Source of the DNA: Anaerovoracaceae bacterium | GTDB taxonomy: Bacteria > Bacillota_I > Bacilli_A > Erysipelotrichales > Erysipelotrichaceae | Direction: 5' to 3' | DNA: 64,000 nt | NCBI GenBank assembly: GCA_963606005.1 | Contig: CAVCVO010000054.1 | Span: 1,988 to 65,987 of the forward strand | Shown here: in pieces, positions 37,545 to 48,449 of the stretch | Layout: the number at the start of each line of letters is the position of its first letter | Numbering within the stretch: position 1 is the first letter of the stretch | The notes under the pieces: model-generated | Databases searched by the model: none | Told to the model about the DNA's origin: nothing | What the model saw: the letters and a program-made list of their open reading frames with translations, nothing else | Position numbers and translations under genes: made by a program

Positions 37545-39008
37545 ATGGCAAAGCAAAAGTTCATGGAAAACAAAATATTTCACACTAAGATCCATACTGA
37601 TGAAGTAAAACCTGCTGAAAAATGGCTGGGGTATCTTATTGGACCTGCGGGGGCATTACTACTTAATGCAGTACTAGCAACTTATCTAAATGTTTACTAC
37701 ACAGATGTTCTAAAACTCACTACACTTTGGGGTGGGGCATTTCTTGTAGTATTTCCGATAATTTCAAAGATCATAGATGCAATCACTAATGTGATCATGG
37801 GTTATATCATCGATCGTACTCGTACAAGCGAGGGAAAGGCACGTCCTTGGCTATTACTTTCTGCACCTTTACTGACTATCACAGGTATCTTACTTTTTAC
37901 TGTGCCAAGTGGTTCAGAGACTGTTCAAGCCATTTGGGTCATGGTCAGTTATAATCTGTTTTATTCGTTCGCTTATACTATTTTCAATATGAGTCATAAT
38001 CTAATGGTGCCATTATCTACGAGAAATACCACTCAGCGTGGTAGTCTCAGTGTTTTCAATCAGATTGCTACTATCATGATGAGTGGCATTCTTGTAGCAC
38101 TTGTATTCCCAATGGTGATCATGCCTATGATCGGAGCAGATAGAGGTAAGTGGATCGCACTTATGAGCATCTTATCTGCATTAGCATTACCACTTACTCT
38201 TCTTGAGTACTACTTTACAAAGGAACGTGTTACCCTTGAGGCGTTAGATAATGATGAGAAACCTATTCCTTTTGCTAAGCAGCTTAAAGCAATTTTTACA
38301 GATAAGTATATAATCATCATTTATGTTTATTTTCTTATTTATACTTTTGGTACTAGTATCAAGAATATGAGTCTTGTTTATTTCTGTAACTATGTGTTAG
38401 GAACATACAATGATGGTATAACTCAAACACTTATCTCAGTTATTGGTGGCATTCCTATGGGTATTGGTATTTTCGCGGTATGGCCACTAGCAAAAAAATT
38501 TGGCAAAAGAAATGTCACAGCAGCTGGATTTGTGCTTTATGCTTTAGGTAGTGCAATTTGTTGGTTATTTCCAACAAATATGATCATTATGCTTGTTGGA
38601 CAATTCATTAAGAACATTGGTGGACTTCCTTGTTCTTATGTATTTATGGCGTTATTTGCTGATGTACTTGATCACTTAGAGTGGAAGTCTGGCTTCCGTT
38701 GTGATGGCCTAGCTATGAGTGTGTATAACCTTATCGCTTGCGCCATGGTAGGTATCTGTACTGGTGCATTTAATGGACTACTTGCTTCAAGTGGATATGT
38801 TGCTCCTGAGATTGTAAATGGCATCACAGTTGCTGCTGAACAGACTGCTGCAGTTAAGAGTGTGATCACCTTTGGATTTGTTGGATTAGAAGCGATCACG
38901 GGTATTATTCTTGCTGTACTATTGCTATTCTTGAATGTTGAGAAAAATATTGAAAAAGAACAGGCCGAGATCAAAGCTCGTCAGGAGGTAGTTCATGAAA
39001 GCAATTAG
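37545..39008 (+). CDS. glycoside-pentoside-hexuronide (GPH):cation symporter family transporter
   Basis: '[19 protein letters not shown]' is the GPH signature. About 12 TM segments. Confidence 0.75.
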   Translation: MAKQKFMENKIFHTKIHTDEVKPAEKWLGYLIGPAGALLLNAVLATYLNVYYTDVLKLTTLWGGAFLVVFPIISKIIDAITNVIMGYIIDRTRTSEGKARPWLLLSAPLLTITGILLFTVPSGSETVQAIWVMVSYNLFYSFAYTIFNMSHNLMVPLSTRNTTQRGSLSVFNQIATIMMSGILVALVFPMVIMPMIGADRGKWIALMSILSALALPLTLLEYYFTKERVTLEALDNDEKPIPFAKQLKAIFTDKYIIIIYVYFLIYTFGTSIKNMSLVYFCNYVLGTYNDGITQTLISVIGGIPMGIGIFAVWPLAKKFGKRNVTAAGFVLYALGSAICWLFPTNMIIMLVGQFIKNIGGLPCSYVFMALFADVLDHLEWKSGFRCDGLAMSVYNLIACAMVGICTGAFNGLLASSGYVAPEIVNGITVAAEQTAAVKSVITFGFVGLEAITGIILAVLLLFLNVEKNIEKEQAEIKARQEVVHESN

Positions 39009-41544
39009 GCTAAAAACAGAACACTTGTTTGATCCTATTGGAGTAGATTTTTCTTCTCCTCGTCTTTTTTGGAATTGTGAATCAGGCAATAAGCAGACAG
39101 CTTATCAAATAATAGCCAAGGATGATCTTGAAAATGTGCTTTGGGATAATGGCAAAACAATAAGTGATTCAATGTGCGTTAATTGGGGTGGTAAACCTGT
39201 TTCAGCAAAAACTAAGGTATTTTGGCAAGTGCGACTATGGGATGAGTCAGATACTGTTGGTGATTGGTCGAAAGCTAGTTTTGAAACTGGAATTGACCAA
39301 TGGAAAGCAAAGTGGATCACCGGTAATTACAAAGTCCACAAAAAAGATCGTTATCCTGTGGATTGCTTCCGTAAAAGTTTTGAAAGTTTCAACATAAAAA
39401 AGGCTCGCTTATATATCACTGCTTGTGGTCTGTATGAGGCAAGGATAAATGATAAAAAAGCAGGAAACTTCATTCTTGCACCTGGTATCACTGATTATCG
39501 TAAGAGAGTTCAATATCAAACTTATGATGTGACGGATATGTTGAATAGTGGAAGTAACACATTGAGTGTTCAACTTGCCGATGGTTGGTATCGTGGCTCG
39601 TGTGGTGCTTGGGGTATCCGCAATCAATATGGTACAGAGACAAAACTATTAGCCCAGTTAGAGATCACTTGTGAAGATGGTAGTGTTCAAAAAATCATCA
39701 CCGATGATAGTTGGGATTGGTCTAATGATGGTCCTATCCGTTTTGCTGATAACAAGGATGGTGAGATCGTTGATGCTAATGTCACAGCGACTTATGGTAG
39801 CAAAGCTAAGCTTACAAGCCATTCAGTCATACCTACTAGTTCAAACAATGTTTTTGTTACGGAGCATGAAAAACTAACAGCGAAAATAATCCATACTCCA
39901 ACTGGTAAGACAGTGTTAGACTTTGGTCAGAATATCGCAGGATATGTGCAGTTTAAACTAAATGCTCATGTTGGGCAAAAAATTAAACTACGTTTTGGGG
40001 AACTTTTAGATGAGAATGGAGAGTTCACACAGAAGAACATTCAACTCTCACATAAGGATTTTGTTACTCCTCGTCAAGAAGTCATCTATACTTGTAAGGA
40101 AGGCGAAAACCACTATAAAACAACTTTTGCTATATTTGGCTTTCAATATGTTTTAGTGGAATCAGATGTGAGATATAATGCAGAAGACTTCAGTGCTATT
40201 GCTGTATATTCTGATATGGAACGTACAGGCTATTTTGAAAGTTCTAATGAGCTTTTAAATAAATTCGTTGAGAATACAATTTGGAGCGCTAAGAACAATC
40301 ATGCTGATTTGCCAACTGACTGCCCGACAAGAGAGCGTCATGGCTGGACTGGTGATGCTCAAATATTCTGCTTAACAGCAAGTTATCTATTTGACTATTT
40401 ACCATTTGCTGAGAAATATCTAAATGATGTCTATGATTGGCAAAAGAAAAATGGCAAATTACCTCAGATCGCACCTGAAGGTGGCACAGATTTTTATATG
40501 AATGCCATGAATGGTTCTGTTGGCTGGGCCGATGCTGGCGTATTAATGCCATATGTTTTATGGAAACAATATAGTGATACAGAAGTTTTGAAAAAATATC
40601 TAGTTGGAATGCGTCGTTACGCAAAGTTCATGCAGGATCGTTGTGGTAAATGGTATCCTACTGCTAAGAGCACAGGTCTTCATGGAGAAGAGAGAAAATA
40701 TCTTTCTAATGCTGGACAAGCCTATGGTGAGTGGGCTGAACCCGAGAGTGTTCATCATATGACTTGGAAAGATTGTGCTATTCCTCATCCAGAAGTAGCA
40801 ACCGCCTATACAACTCACGTAATGGATTGTATGGCTGAAATTGAGAGGACTCTTGGTAATAATACGGAAGCAAACTCTTATCAAAAGTTTGCAGATCATT
40901 GCCGAAAAAGTTATCAGGCTCTAAGAAAAACCGATGGTTACTCGCTAGATACTGATCGTCAAGCCCAACTAGTAAGACCTTTAGCTTTTGGATTACTTGA
41001 TGAACAACAGACGGATTATGCGAAAACTAGACTGATCAGGGCTTTGGAACATTTTGATTGGCGTCTTGGTACAGGTTTTTTGTCTACACCTCTTATCTTG
41101 GATGTATTGACTCGTATTGAACCAGAATTAGCATACAAACTATTAGAAAATGAAGAAATCCCTGGTTGGTTGAGCATGCCAAAAAATGGTGCTACTACTA
41201 TCTGGGAAGCTTGGGAAGGTCCAAATAGTAAGAACGGTGGTATTGGTTCACTTAATCACTACTCTAAAGGTGCAATGGTCGCTTGGTTATTTGAAACTAT
41301 GTGTGGTATTAAGGTGGACGAGAAAAATCATTTTACGATAACTCCTTGTCCAGGTGGACATTTTACCTATGCTAAGGCTATATACAATAGTATTTACGGC
41401 GAGGTAGAAAGTTGTTGGCAAAAAACTGATGAAGGTTTTAAATACACAATAACTGTTCCTGCAAACTGTTCGGCAGAAGTTCGTTTGCCAAATGGAGTGG
41501 TATATTCGCAGTGTGCATCAACAAAAATATATGAATCGAGGTAG
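38995..41544 (+). CDS. alpha-L-rhamnosidase (GH78)
   Basis: N-terminal '[18 protein letters not shown]...KQTAYQI' and the catalytic-domain region '[15 protein letters not shown]'. 849 aa. Overlaps the transporter gene by 14 nt. Confidence 0.8.
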   Translation: MKAIRLKTEHLFDPIGVDFSSPRLFWNCESGNKQTAYQIIAKDDLENVLWDNGKTISDSMCVNWGGKPVSAKTKVFWQVRLWDESDTVGDWSKASFETGIDQWKAKWITGNYKVHKKDRYPVDCFRKSFESFNIKKARLYITACGLYEARINDKKAGNFILAPGITDYRKRVQYQTYDVTDMLNSGSNTLSVQLADGWYRGSCGAWGIRNQYGTETKLLAQLEITCEDGSVQKIITDDSWDWSNDGPIRFADNKDGEIVDANVTATYGSKAKLTSHSVIPTSSNNVFVTEHEKLTAKIIHTPTGKTVLDFGQNIAGYVQFKLNAHVGQKIKLRFGELLDENGEFTQKNIQLSHKDFVTPRQEVIYTCKEGENHYKTTFAIFGFQYVLVESDVRYNAEDFSAIAVYSDMERTGYFESSNELLNKFVENTIWSAKNNHADLPTDCPTRERHGWTGDAQIFCLTASYLFDYLPFAEKYLNDVYDWQKKNGKLPQIAPEGGTDFYMNAMNGSVGWADAGVLMPYVLWKQYSDTEVLKKYLVGMRRYAKFMQDRCGKWYPTAKSTGLHGEERKYLSNAGQAYGEWAEPESVHHMTWKDCAIPHPEVATAYTTHVMDCMAEIERTLGNNTEANSYQKFADHCRKSYQALRKTDGYSLDTDRQAQLVRPLAFGLLDEQQTDYAKTRLIRALEHFDWRLGTGFLSTPLILDVLTRIEPELAYKLLENEEIPGWLSMPKNGATTIWEAWEGPNSKNGGIGSLNHYSKGAMVAWLFETMCGIKVDEKNHFTITPCPGGHFTYAKAIYNSIYGEVESCWQKTDEGFKYTITVPANCSAEVRLPNGVVYSQCASTKIYESR

Positions 41545-41549
41545 AAAGA

Positions 41550-42413
41550 ATGACTGAATTGAGAGGATCTAACTCTAACAAAAAATACCTTTTGGTATTG
41601 ATCTGTTCTTTTGTCATCTTGATGAGTGTGTTTGCCTTTTTTGACTTAGATATTTCTTTGGCCCTTTTAAATATGGATAGTAGCTATGGTAAGTTTGCGG
41701 AGATCTCTAGTGAAATTCCTCTTGATCTTATTACGATGATTTCTTTTGCAATATTATTTGTGGGAAGATCAAAAAAGAAAACATTTTGGAGTACATTAGG
41801 ATCAGTGATTTGTTTTATTGGAGTATTTGAATATGGATTTTTTATCTTTTTCTTCTCGATAAAATATGTAAGTACAAAACTTGCTCTGATCTTAGGTGGA
41901 GTACTTGGGACAGTTATAGGCATAGGTGCTTTGTTTATGGCTAAAAAACTGCTTTCTTTGCATCGTGAAGAATTAATACGAGTTGCACTAATCGTAGTTG
42001 TAAGTGTATTACTACAAGAATTATTTGTAAATGTGTTTAAGATTATTTGGGATAGGCCACGTATGCGTGATCTTGTCGCACCATATTCTGATTATTGCCC
42101 TTGGTATAAGCTACATGCTTCGAAAGTTGGTGGAGATTCTTTCCCTTCGGGACATACTGCTAAAGCAGCAGGAGCTTTTCTTTACATGCTACTTTGTGAC
42201 GTGTTTGAAAGTTTTAAAGGAAAACGTATATATTTCTTTGTTGGTGGACTTTTGTGGACAATTGTCATCGGTGTTGGAAGGATCGTTTTAGGAGCTCATT
42301 TTGCATCGGATGTGACAGCAGGAGCTTTCTTCATGTTACTGGCTATTATCATCGCAAGAGTATTTATAGATACAATTTTATTAAAGAAAAATTGGAGGAT
42401 AAGTTATGAATGA
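41550..42413 (+). CDS. PAP2-family membrane phosphatase
   Basis: 'KIIWDRPRM', 'FPSGHT' and 'RIVLGAHFASDV' give the PAP2 KxxxxxxRP / PSGH / SRxxxxxHxxxD motif set. Multiple TM helices. Confidence 0.7.
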   Translation: MTELRGSNSNKKYLLVLICSFVILMSVFAFFDLDISLALLNMDSSYGKFAEISSEIPLDLITMISFAILFVGRSKKKTFWSTLGSVICFIGVFEYGFFIFFFSIKYVSTKLALILGGVLGTVIGIGALFMAKKLLSLHREELIRVALIVVVSVLLQELFVNVFKIIWDRPRMRDLVAPYSDYCPWYKLHASKVGGDSFPSGHTAKAAGAFLYMLLCDVFESFKGKRIYFFVGGLLWTIVIGVGRIVLGAHFASDVTAGAFFMLLAIIIARVFIDTILLKKNWRISYE

Positions 42414-44742
42414 TAGTTATATAGATAAGATCATTGATTCTATGACACTTGAGGATAAGATCGCTTTGTGTTCTGGTGCAACTTTCTGGGAAAGTAAAAA
42501 ATATGAAAAATATGGTATTCCGGCATTATTTATGTGTGATGGCCCTCATGGTCTTCGTAAGCAAGAAAACCTTTCAGATATGCTTGGCATAAATAAATCG
42601 CGTCAAGCAACTTGTTTTCCTGCAGAAGTGAGTACAGCAGCAAGTTGGGATCCAAAACTTTTAGAACAGATTGCTGAGGCGATTGGACAAGAAGCAAAAG
42701 ATCAAGGTGTGGGACTAGTTCTTGGCCCTGGAGCAAATCTTAAACGTAATCCACTTTGTGGAAGGAACTTCGAATATTTCAGCGAGGATCCTTATCTATC
42801 TGGCAAATTAGCAGCAGGATTTATCAAAGGTATGGAATCTCAGGGTATTGGTACAAGTCTTAAGCATTTTGCCCTTAATTCACAAGAAAAAAGTCGATTC
42901 ACATCTAATTCTGTAATAGATGATCGTAGCATGCGTGAAATGTATCTTACAGCTTTTGAAATAGCTGTAAAAGAAGGTAAACCATCGACAGTCATGTGTG
43001 CCTATCCAAAAATCAATGGTGTTCATTGTTCAGATAACAAGGGATTATTGACGGATATTCTTCGTGATGAATGGGGATTTGATGGCATGGTAGTTACCGA
43101 TTGGGGTGGTATGAATGATCGTATTGAGTCTTTTAAGGCAGGTTGTGATCTAAGTATGCCTGGTGGTAGTGACTATATGGAAAAAGAGGCACTTGTTGCA
43201 GTTAGAGAAGGAACTTTATCGGAAAAATGTGTAAATAACAGTGCAGCTCGAGTATTGAAACTAGTATTTCGTGCAGCCGAAACACTGAAGGAAAAGACAA
43301 ATTGCGATTACAAGTCACATCATGAACTTGCTAAGAAAGCGGCTGTTGAAGCAGCAGTATTATTGAAAAACGAAGATAACATTTTGCCACTAAGAAAAAA
43401 TGATAAGATTGCTGTTATAGGAGCAATGGCTAAGCAAATGCGTTATCAAGGTGCAGGCTCTAGTCATATCAATCCAACGAAACTATCTAATCCATTAGAT
43501 CAACTATCAAATGCTTTATATGCTAGTGGTTGTGATGATAAAGGTGAGAGTACTGATGCATTGATTGCTGAAGCTATTGAAACAGCAAAAAAGGCTGATG
43601 TTGTTGTGATATTTGCAGGATTACCAGAAAAGTATGAATCTGAAGGCTTTGATCGTGATGATATGAAAATGCCGCAGGGACATATTCGTATGATCGAAGA
43701 AGTGAGTGCTGTTAATCCTAATACTGTGGTCGTATTACTTTGTGGCAGCGTTGTAGAGTGCCCTTGGGCAGATAGCGTTAAAGCTATTTTGTATATGGGA
43801 CTACCAGGACAAGCAGGTGGTGAAGCAATCGTTGATTTACTTTATGGTAAAGTTAGTCCATCAGGGAAATTAACAGAAAGTTGGCCATATACTTATGGTG
43901 ATGTTGCCTCCTCTGAAATTTACGATAAGACAGAAGATGCATTGTATCAAGAGGGTATTTATGTAGGTTATCGTTATTATGAAAAAGCTAATGTTCCAGT
44001 TCGTTGGCCATTTGGTTTTGGTTTGAGCTATACAAGTTTTGCTTACACAAATTTAGAAATAAAAGATAAGATGGTTTCTGTTACCATCACTAATACGGGA
44101 GATTGTGCTGGTGGAGAGGTGCTACAACTTTATGTGGTTGCACCACAAAATGGGATCCATAGACCAATAAGAGAATTGAAACAATTTACAAAAGTGTACT
44201 TACAACCGCATGAAAGCAAGAGAGTATCTTTAGAACTTTCTGATCGTAGCTTTGCTGTTTGGCAAGATGGTTGGAAAATTCCAAGTGGTACTTACACTAT
44301 ACAAGTAGCAGGATTATCTGAACAAATTGATATAAATGGAGAAATACTGGAAGTAGCTGATGATCAGAAAGGATTGTGGTATGAGACTTGTGCTGGTAAA
44401 CCAAATCAAAAGGATTGGGAAACTATGTTAGGCAAAAAATATGTTGCTCCTGTCTTAAAAAAAGGTTGTTTCACAATGGATAATACTGTTATTGAAATGA
44501 AAGATTATAGTTTGATCATGAAGATCATGTTCAAGGCAGTAGAGGCTACTATTGCTAAGGGCTTTGGTGGTAAAAAAGATTATGAGAATCCAGATTTCCG
44601 TATGTTGATGAACTCTTCAGCTGGTTCGCCATTACGTACTATGCAGATTTCTGGCGGCATGAAGGGTGGAGTTTTACCTGGAATGTTAGAAATGGCAAAT
44701 GGACATTTCTTCCGGGGAATTTGGAAGATGATAAAAGGGTGA
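42406..44742 (+). CDS. GH3 beta-glucosidase-like glycosidase
   Basis: 'MCDGPHGLRKQ', 'GRNFEYFSEDP' and 'GMVVTDWGG' (nucleophile Asp region). C-terminal FnIII-like domain. Confidence 0.85.
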   Translation: MNDSYIDKIIDSMTLEDKIALCSGATFWESKKYEKYGIPALFMCDGPHGLRKQENLSDMLGINKSRQATCFPAEVSTAASWDPKLLEQIAEAIGQEAKDQGVGLVLGPGANLKRNPLCGRNFEYFSEDPYLSGKLAAGFIKGMESQGIGTSLKHFALNSQEKSRFTSNSVIDDRSMREMYLTAFEIAVKEGKPSTVMCAYPKINGVHCSDNKGLLTDILRDEWGFDGMVVTDWGGMNDRIESFKAGCDLSMPGGSDYMEKEALVAVREGTLSEKCVNNSAARVLKLVFRAAETLKEKTNCDYKSHHELAKKAAVEAAVLLKNEDNILPLRKNDKIAVIGAMAKQMRYQGAGSSHINPTKLSNPLDQLSNALYASGCDDKGESTDALIAEAIETAKKADVVVIFAGLPEKYESEGFDRDDMKMPQGHIRMIEEVSAVNPNTVVVLLCGSVVECPWADSVKAILYMGLPGQAGGEAIVDLLYGKVSPSGKLTESWPYTYGDVASSEIYDKTEDALYQEGIYVGYRYYEKANVPVRWPFGFGLSYTSFAYTNLEIKDKMVSVTITNTGDCAGGEVLQLYVVAPQNGIHRPIRELKQFTKVYLQPHESKRVSLELSDRSFAVWQDGWKIPSGTYTIQVAGLSEQIDINGEILEVADDQKGLWYETCAGKPNQKDWETMLGKKYVAPVLKKGCFTMDNTVIEMKDYSLIMKIMFKAVEATIAKGFGGKKDYENPDFRMLMNSSAGSPLRTMQISGGMKGGVLPGMLEMANGHFFRGIWKMIKG

Positions 44743-44747
44743 AGTAT

Positions 44748-46019
44748 ATGAACTATTATCTTGCTATTGATATTGGTGCTTCTTCAGGTAGACACATTGT
44801 TGGTTGGTATGAGGATGAAAAGTTGAAAACTAAGGAAGTCTATCGTTTTCCAAATGGTGTACATCAACAAGATGGCCATCTTTGTTGGGATGTAAATACC
44901 CTTCTATCTCATGTGAAGAAGGGTATTGAGCTAGCAAAAAAAGAGTTTTCAAATATCATCAGTTTATCTATTGATACTTGGGGTGTTGACTATGTGCTCT
45001 TACGAGGTGAAAAAGAAGTTTATCCTGTGTATGCTTATCGTGATGATCGAACTGAAGAAGTTATTGCTAAGGTGCATGAGATCATTCCTTTTTCGACACT
45101 ATATGAGAAAACTGGATGTCAATTTCAACCATTTAATAGCCTTTATCAGCTTTATGCCGATAAATGTGCTGGAAGACTTGATGGTGTGACAGATTTTTTG
45201 ATGATACCGGAATATCTTTTGTGGAAACTCTGTGGCAAGAAAGTTAAGGAATATACTAATGCCACTACAACTGGAATGGTCAATGGTAGAAGTGGAGAAT
45301 TTGACAAGGATATCATTTCTGCACTTGATTTGCCTACTTACCTTTTTAAAAAGTTACAAGCACCAACAACCCTACTTGGTGAATATGATGGCATAAAGTG
45401 TGTCTTGTGTGCTACTCATGATACAGCTTCAGCAGTTGAAGGTATTCCTATGGAGGGAAATTATCCTTACATTTCTTCTGGGACATGGTCACTTTTAGGG
45501 GTGAAGACAATAAAACCTATTATGGATGAAGCAAGTAGAATTGCTAACTATTCTAATGAGGGTGGTGTTGGCTATAATCGTTATCAAAAAAATATCATGG
45601 GTATGTGGCTTGTGAATCGGTTAAAGGATGAGCTTTGTCCAGAGATGTCGTTTTACAATATCGTTAATATGGCAAGGGAAAGTCACTATGAGAATACGGT
45701 TGATGCCAATGCTGTGGAATTTCTTTCTCCTATTAGTATGAAAAAAGCTTTTGATGATGCATTGGTTGAAAAGCCAAAAAGTGTTGGTGATTATTTTCGC
45801 TGTGCTTATCAGAGCCTTGCCCAAAGTTATGCTATAGCTTTAAAAGAGTTAGAAAGAAACACTGGTCATACTTATGAGAGGTTATATATTGTTGGCGGTG
45901 GAGCTAAAAATGACTTTCTCAATGAATTGACTGAGAAAGTAACAGGAAAAAAGGTCATTGCTTTACCTATTGAGGCAACGGCTTTAGGAAATATAAAGAT
46001 TCAAATGGAGGTTATGTGA
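44748..46019 (+). CDS. rhaB: rhamnulokinase
   Basis: 'YLAIDIGASSGRHIVG...FPNGVHQQDGHLCWDV' parallels E. coli RhaB. FGGY kinase C-terminus 'IVGGGAKN'. Confidence 0.8.
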   Translation: MNYYLAIDIGASSGRHIVGWYEDEKLKTKEVYRFPNGVHQQDGHLCWDVNTLLSHVKKGIELAKKEFSNIISLSIDTWGVDYVLLRGEKEVYPVYAYRDDRTEEVIAKVHEIIPFSTLYEKTGCQFQPFNSLYQLYADKCAGRLDGVTDFLMIPEYLLWKLCGKKVKEYTNATTTGMVNGRSGEFDKDIISALDLPTYLFKKLQAPTTLLGEYDGIKCVLCATHDTASAVEGIPMEGNYPYISSGTWSLLGVKTIKPIMDEASRIANYSNEGGVGYNRYQKNIMGMWLVNRLKDELCPEMSFYNIVNMARESHYENTVDANAVEFLSPISMKKAFDDALVEKPKSVGDYFRCAYQSLAQSYAIALKELERNTGHTYERLYIVGGGAKNDFLNELTEKVTGKKVIALPIEATALGNIKIQMEVM

Positions 46020-47440
46020 TGTTAGTGGAAACTAAAGCACGTGTTGGCGTGTTTGCTATTGCTCTTGGAGCATATCTGCCTCAATTCCCACAATTAGTCG
46101 AGGAATTTAAAGGACAATATGCTGATTTTAAAAAACGAATTCCTGATTCTGTGGAATTGATCGATGGTGGAATTGTTACAACAAAGGAACAATCTGTAAA
46201 AGCAGGGGACAAGTTTCGCTGTGCTGATGTGGATCTAGTCATCATGCAGCTTTTGACTTATGCGACTTCTTATAATATGCTACCTGCTGTTAGAGACTTG
46301 GATGTACCAGTGGTTTTAGTGAATTTACAAAAAAAGAAGGCTCCAGATTATGCTAATACTGATACACCAACTTGGTTAGGCACACTGTATGCTTGTGGTG
46401 CAGTTGGTGAAATGGTAGCTGATCTAGAACGCGCCGGCAAGCGTCATGCTGTCATTACTGGTGTAGTAGAAGCTGACGATGACTCAGCTCAAAAAGAGAT
46501 TGAAGACTGGTGTAAAGCAGCTCAAGTTCGCCGACGTTTCCGTGATACGAACCTTGCTCAGATCGGACGCCCTTATCCTGGCATGATGGACCTTTATATT
46601 GATGAAACTAATCTTTACCACAGAATGTGGGTGTATACTAAACAGTTTGATTGGGAAAAGATGTGGGCAATTGCCGATAATGTTAATGATGAAGTTGTTA
46701 TTCGCGATAAAGCTGAAGATATTTTGAACACTTTCGATATCGAGGGTGGTGCTACTGTGGAAACTGTTTGGGACATGGCTAAATATGTGGTCGCTTTTGA
46801 GAAATGGGTCAAGGATGAGCAGATTGGTTTTATTGCTTCTCATTATGATGGTTTTGCCAAAGGTATAGCAGGGAAGTTGGATTCAATGTTGATCCCAGCT
46901 TTCTCTATGCTCATTAAGCAAGGCACTGCTTGTGCTGTGGAAGGGGATATTAAGGTTGCCATGGCAATGAGCATACTTAAGACAATTTCTAATACTGGTC
47001 AGCTCAGTGAGATGTATTCGATTGATTTTGATAAGGATATCTGTATCATTGGTCATTCTGGTTCAGGGGATGCTGATATTTCTCAAGCAAGAAAACCAAC
47101 GATGAAGATCGTACCAGTATTCCATGGTAAAACAGGAGGTGGGTATTTGACTCAGTTTTATCCTCCTATAGGAGATGTAACATATCTTGCTATCACTCAG
47201 GACAGAGATGGTCATTTTAAGTTTGTAGTTGCTGAAGGTGTCAATGAAGATGGACCAATCTTCATGTTTGGTGATACTAATATGCGCACGCGTTTCAGTT
47301 GTGGAGCAAGAGAGTTTGTCAATCGTTGGAGTGAGGCAGGTCCAACCCATCACATGGCAGCTGCTGTAGGAAGACATATTGATACTATTTTAAAGGTTGC
47401 TAAGATCTTTAATGTGCCAGTGGATGTAATTACTCGCTAA
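46019..47440 (+). CDS. AraA/FucI-superfamily sugar isomerase (in the position where rhaA is expected)
   Basis: 'CAVEGDIKVAMA' parallels AraA 'AGEGDWKTA', and 'AGPTHHMAA' parallels AraA 'AGGAHHTV'. TGATG overlap with rhaB; GGAGG lies 7 nt upstream. Confidence 0.6.
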   Translation: MLVETKARVGVFAIALGAYLPQFPQLVEEFKGQYADFKKRIPDSVELIDGGIVTTKEQSVKAGDKFRCADVDLVIMQLLTYATSYNMLPAVRDLDVPVVLVNLQKKKAPDYANTDTPTWLGTLYACGAVGEMVADLERAGKRHAVITGVVEADDDSAQKEIEDWCKAAQVRRRFRDTNLAQIGRPYPGMMDLYIDETNLYHRMWVYTKQFDWEKMWAIADNVNDEVVIRDKAEDILNTFDIEGGATVETVWDMAKYVVAFEKWVKDEQIGFIASHYDGFAKGIAGKLDSMLIPAFSMLIKQGTACAVEGDIKVAMAMSILKTISNTGQLSEMYSIDFDKDICIIGHSGSGDADISQARKPTMKIVPVFHGKTGGGYLTQFYPPIGDVTYLAITQDRDGHFKFVVAEGVNEDGPIFMFGDTNMRTRFSCGAREFVNRWSEAGPTHHMAAAVGRHIDTILKVAKIFNVPVDVITR

Positions 47441-47455
47441 GGGGGAAAGAAAACG

Positions 47456-48265
47456 ATGAAAGATATATTAACTGCACCATGGATGGTGGAAATGATCCGA
47501 ACTACGACAAATATGTATGATCATGGTTGGGATGAGCGTAATGGTGGCAACATTAGCTTACTATTAGATGAAGAAGATATCAAAGAATATATTGATGGTA
47601 GTGTATTGAGAGAGATTGATACGGGATTTTCTTGCCCAGATCTCAATGAGAAATATTTTCTTGTTACTGGTACGGGTAAATATTTTAAGAATGTGCAATA
47701 TGCACCTGAAGTCAATCTTGGTCTAGTTAAACTGGTAAATGATGGTGAGAAGGCACAACTTCTTTGGGGATTTGCTGATGGAGGTAAATTCACTTCTGAA
47801 TTTCCTGCTCATATGATGAGTCATGCTGAAAGACTAAAGGTTGACCCTAAAAATCGGGTAGTCATGCATTGTCATCCCGCAAATCTTCTTGCGATGACTT
47901 ATATTCATAGTCTTGATGAGATAAAATTTACTCGTACGCTTTGGCAGATGTGTACAGAATGTATAGTTGTTTTCCCAGATGGTGTCAATGTCTTACCTTG
48001 GATGCTTTGTGGTACTAATGAGATCGGTATAGCTACGGCAGAAAAAATGAAGACTGCTCGACTTGTAGTTTGGGCCCAGCATGGTATTTATGGTGCAGGA
48101 AAGGATCTTGATGAAACTTTTGGACTAATTGAAACGGCTGAAAAAGCAGCAGAAATATATATGAAGATCGCTCATTTACCACTAGTCAATACTATTACTG
48201 ATGAACAGATGCATCAGTTGGAAGAGCATTTTGGTGTAAGAGCACGACAAGGATATCTAAAATAA
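47456..48265 (+). CDS. rhaD: rhamnulose-1-phosphate aldolase (class II aldolase)
   Basis: 'GWDERNGGNISLLLDEEDI' parallels E. coli RhaD 'GWDERNGGNLTLRLDDADI'. 269 aa. Confidence 0.8.
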   Translation: MKDILTAPWMVEMIRTTTNMYDHGWDERNGGNISLLLDEEDIKEYIDGSVLREIDTGFSCPDLNEKYFLVTGTGKYFKNVQYAPEVNLGLVKLVNDGEKAQLLWGFADGGKFTSEFPAHMMSHAERLKVDPKNRVVMHCHPANLLAMTYIHSLDEIKFTRTLWQMCTECIVVFPDGVNVLPWMLCGTNEIGIATAEKMKTARLVVWAQHGIYGAGKDLDETFGLIETAEKAAEIYMKIAHLPLVNTITDEQMHQLEEHFGVRARQGYLK

Positions 48266-48275
48266 GGATTAAGGA

Positions 48276-48320
48276 AAAGTGTTGAATGTGGCTAGAAAAT
48301 AGCTTGTTCAACACTTTTTT
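48276..48320 (+). terminator. intrinsic terminator closing the rhamnose operon
   Basis: 11-bp stem AAAGTGTTGAA/TTCAACACTTT followed by a T-run. Confidence 0.75.
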
Positions 48321-48449
48321 GCGTTAGCAGATCAAGTGATTTAAAAGAGAAAATATGTAGAATGTTGAAAGGTTTTTAATAAAGTAATAAGTTGTGATAT
48401 ACTGTGCGTGGAATAATTTTCTTTTTGTTTAATATATTAGGAGGCTAAA

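Noticed and set aside
39105-47793. Many antisense or alternative-frame ORFs within the rhamnoside island (for example 39105-39320, 39409-39627, 40289-40899, 41684-41923, 42530-42736, 46484-46843, 47063-47377, 47521-47793).
   Set aside because: All lie inside long ORFs with clear family motifs. Their abundance simply reflects the higher G+C content, which gives fewer stop codons.
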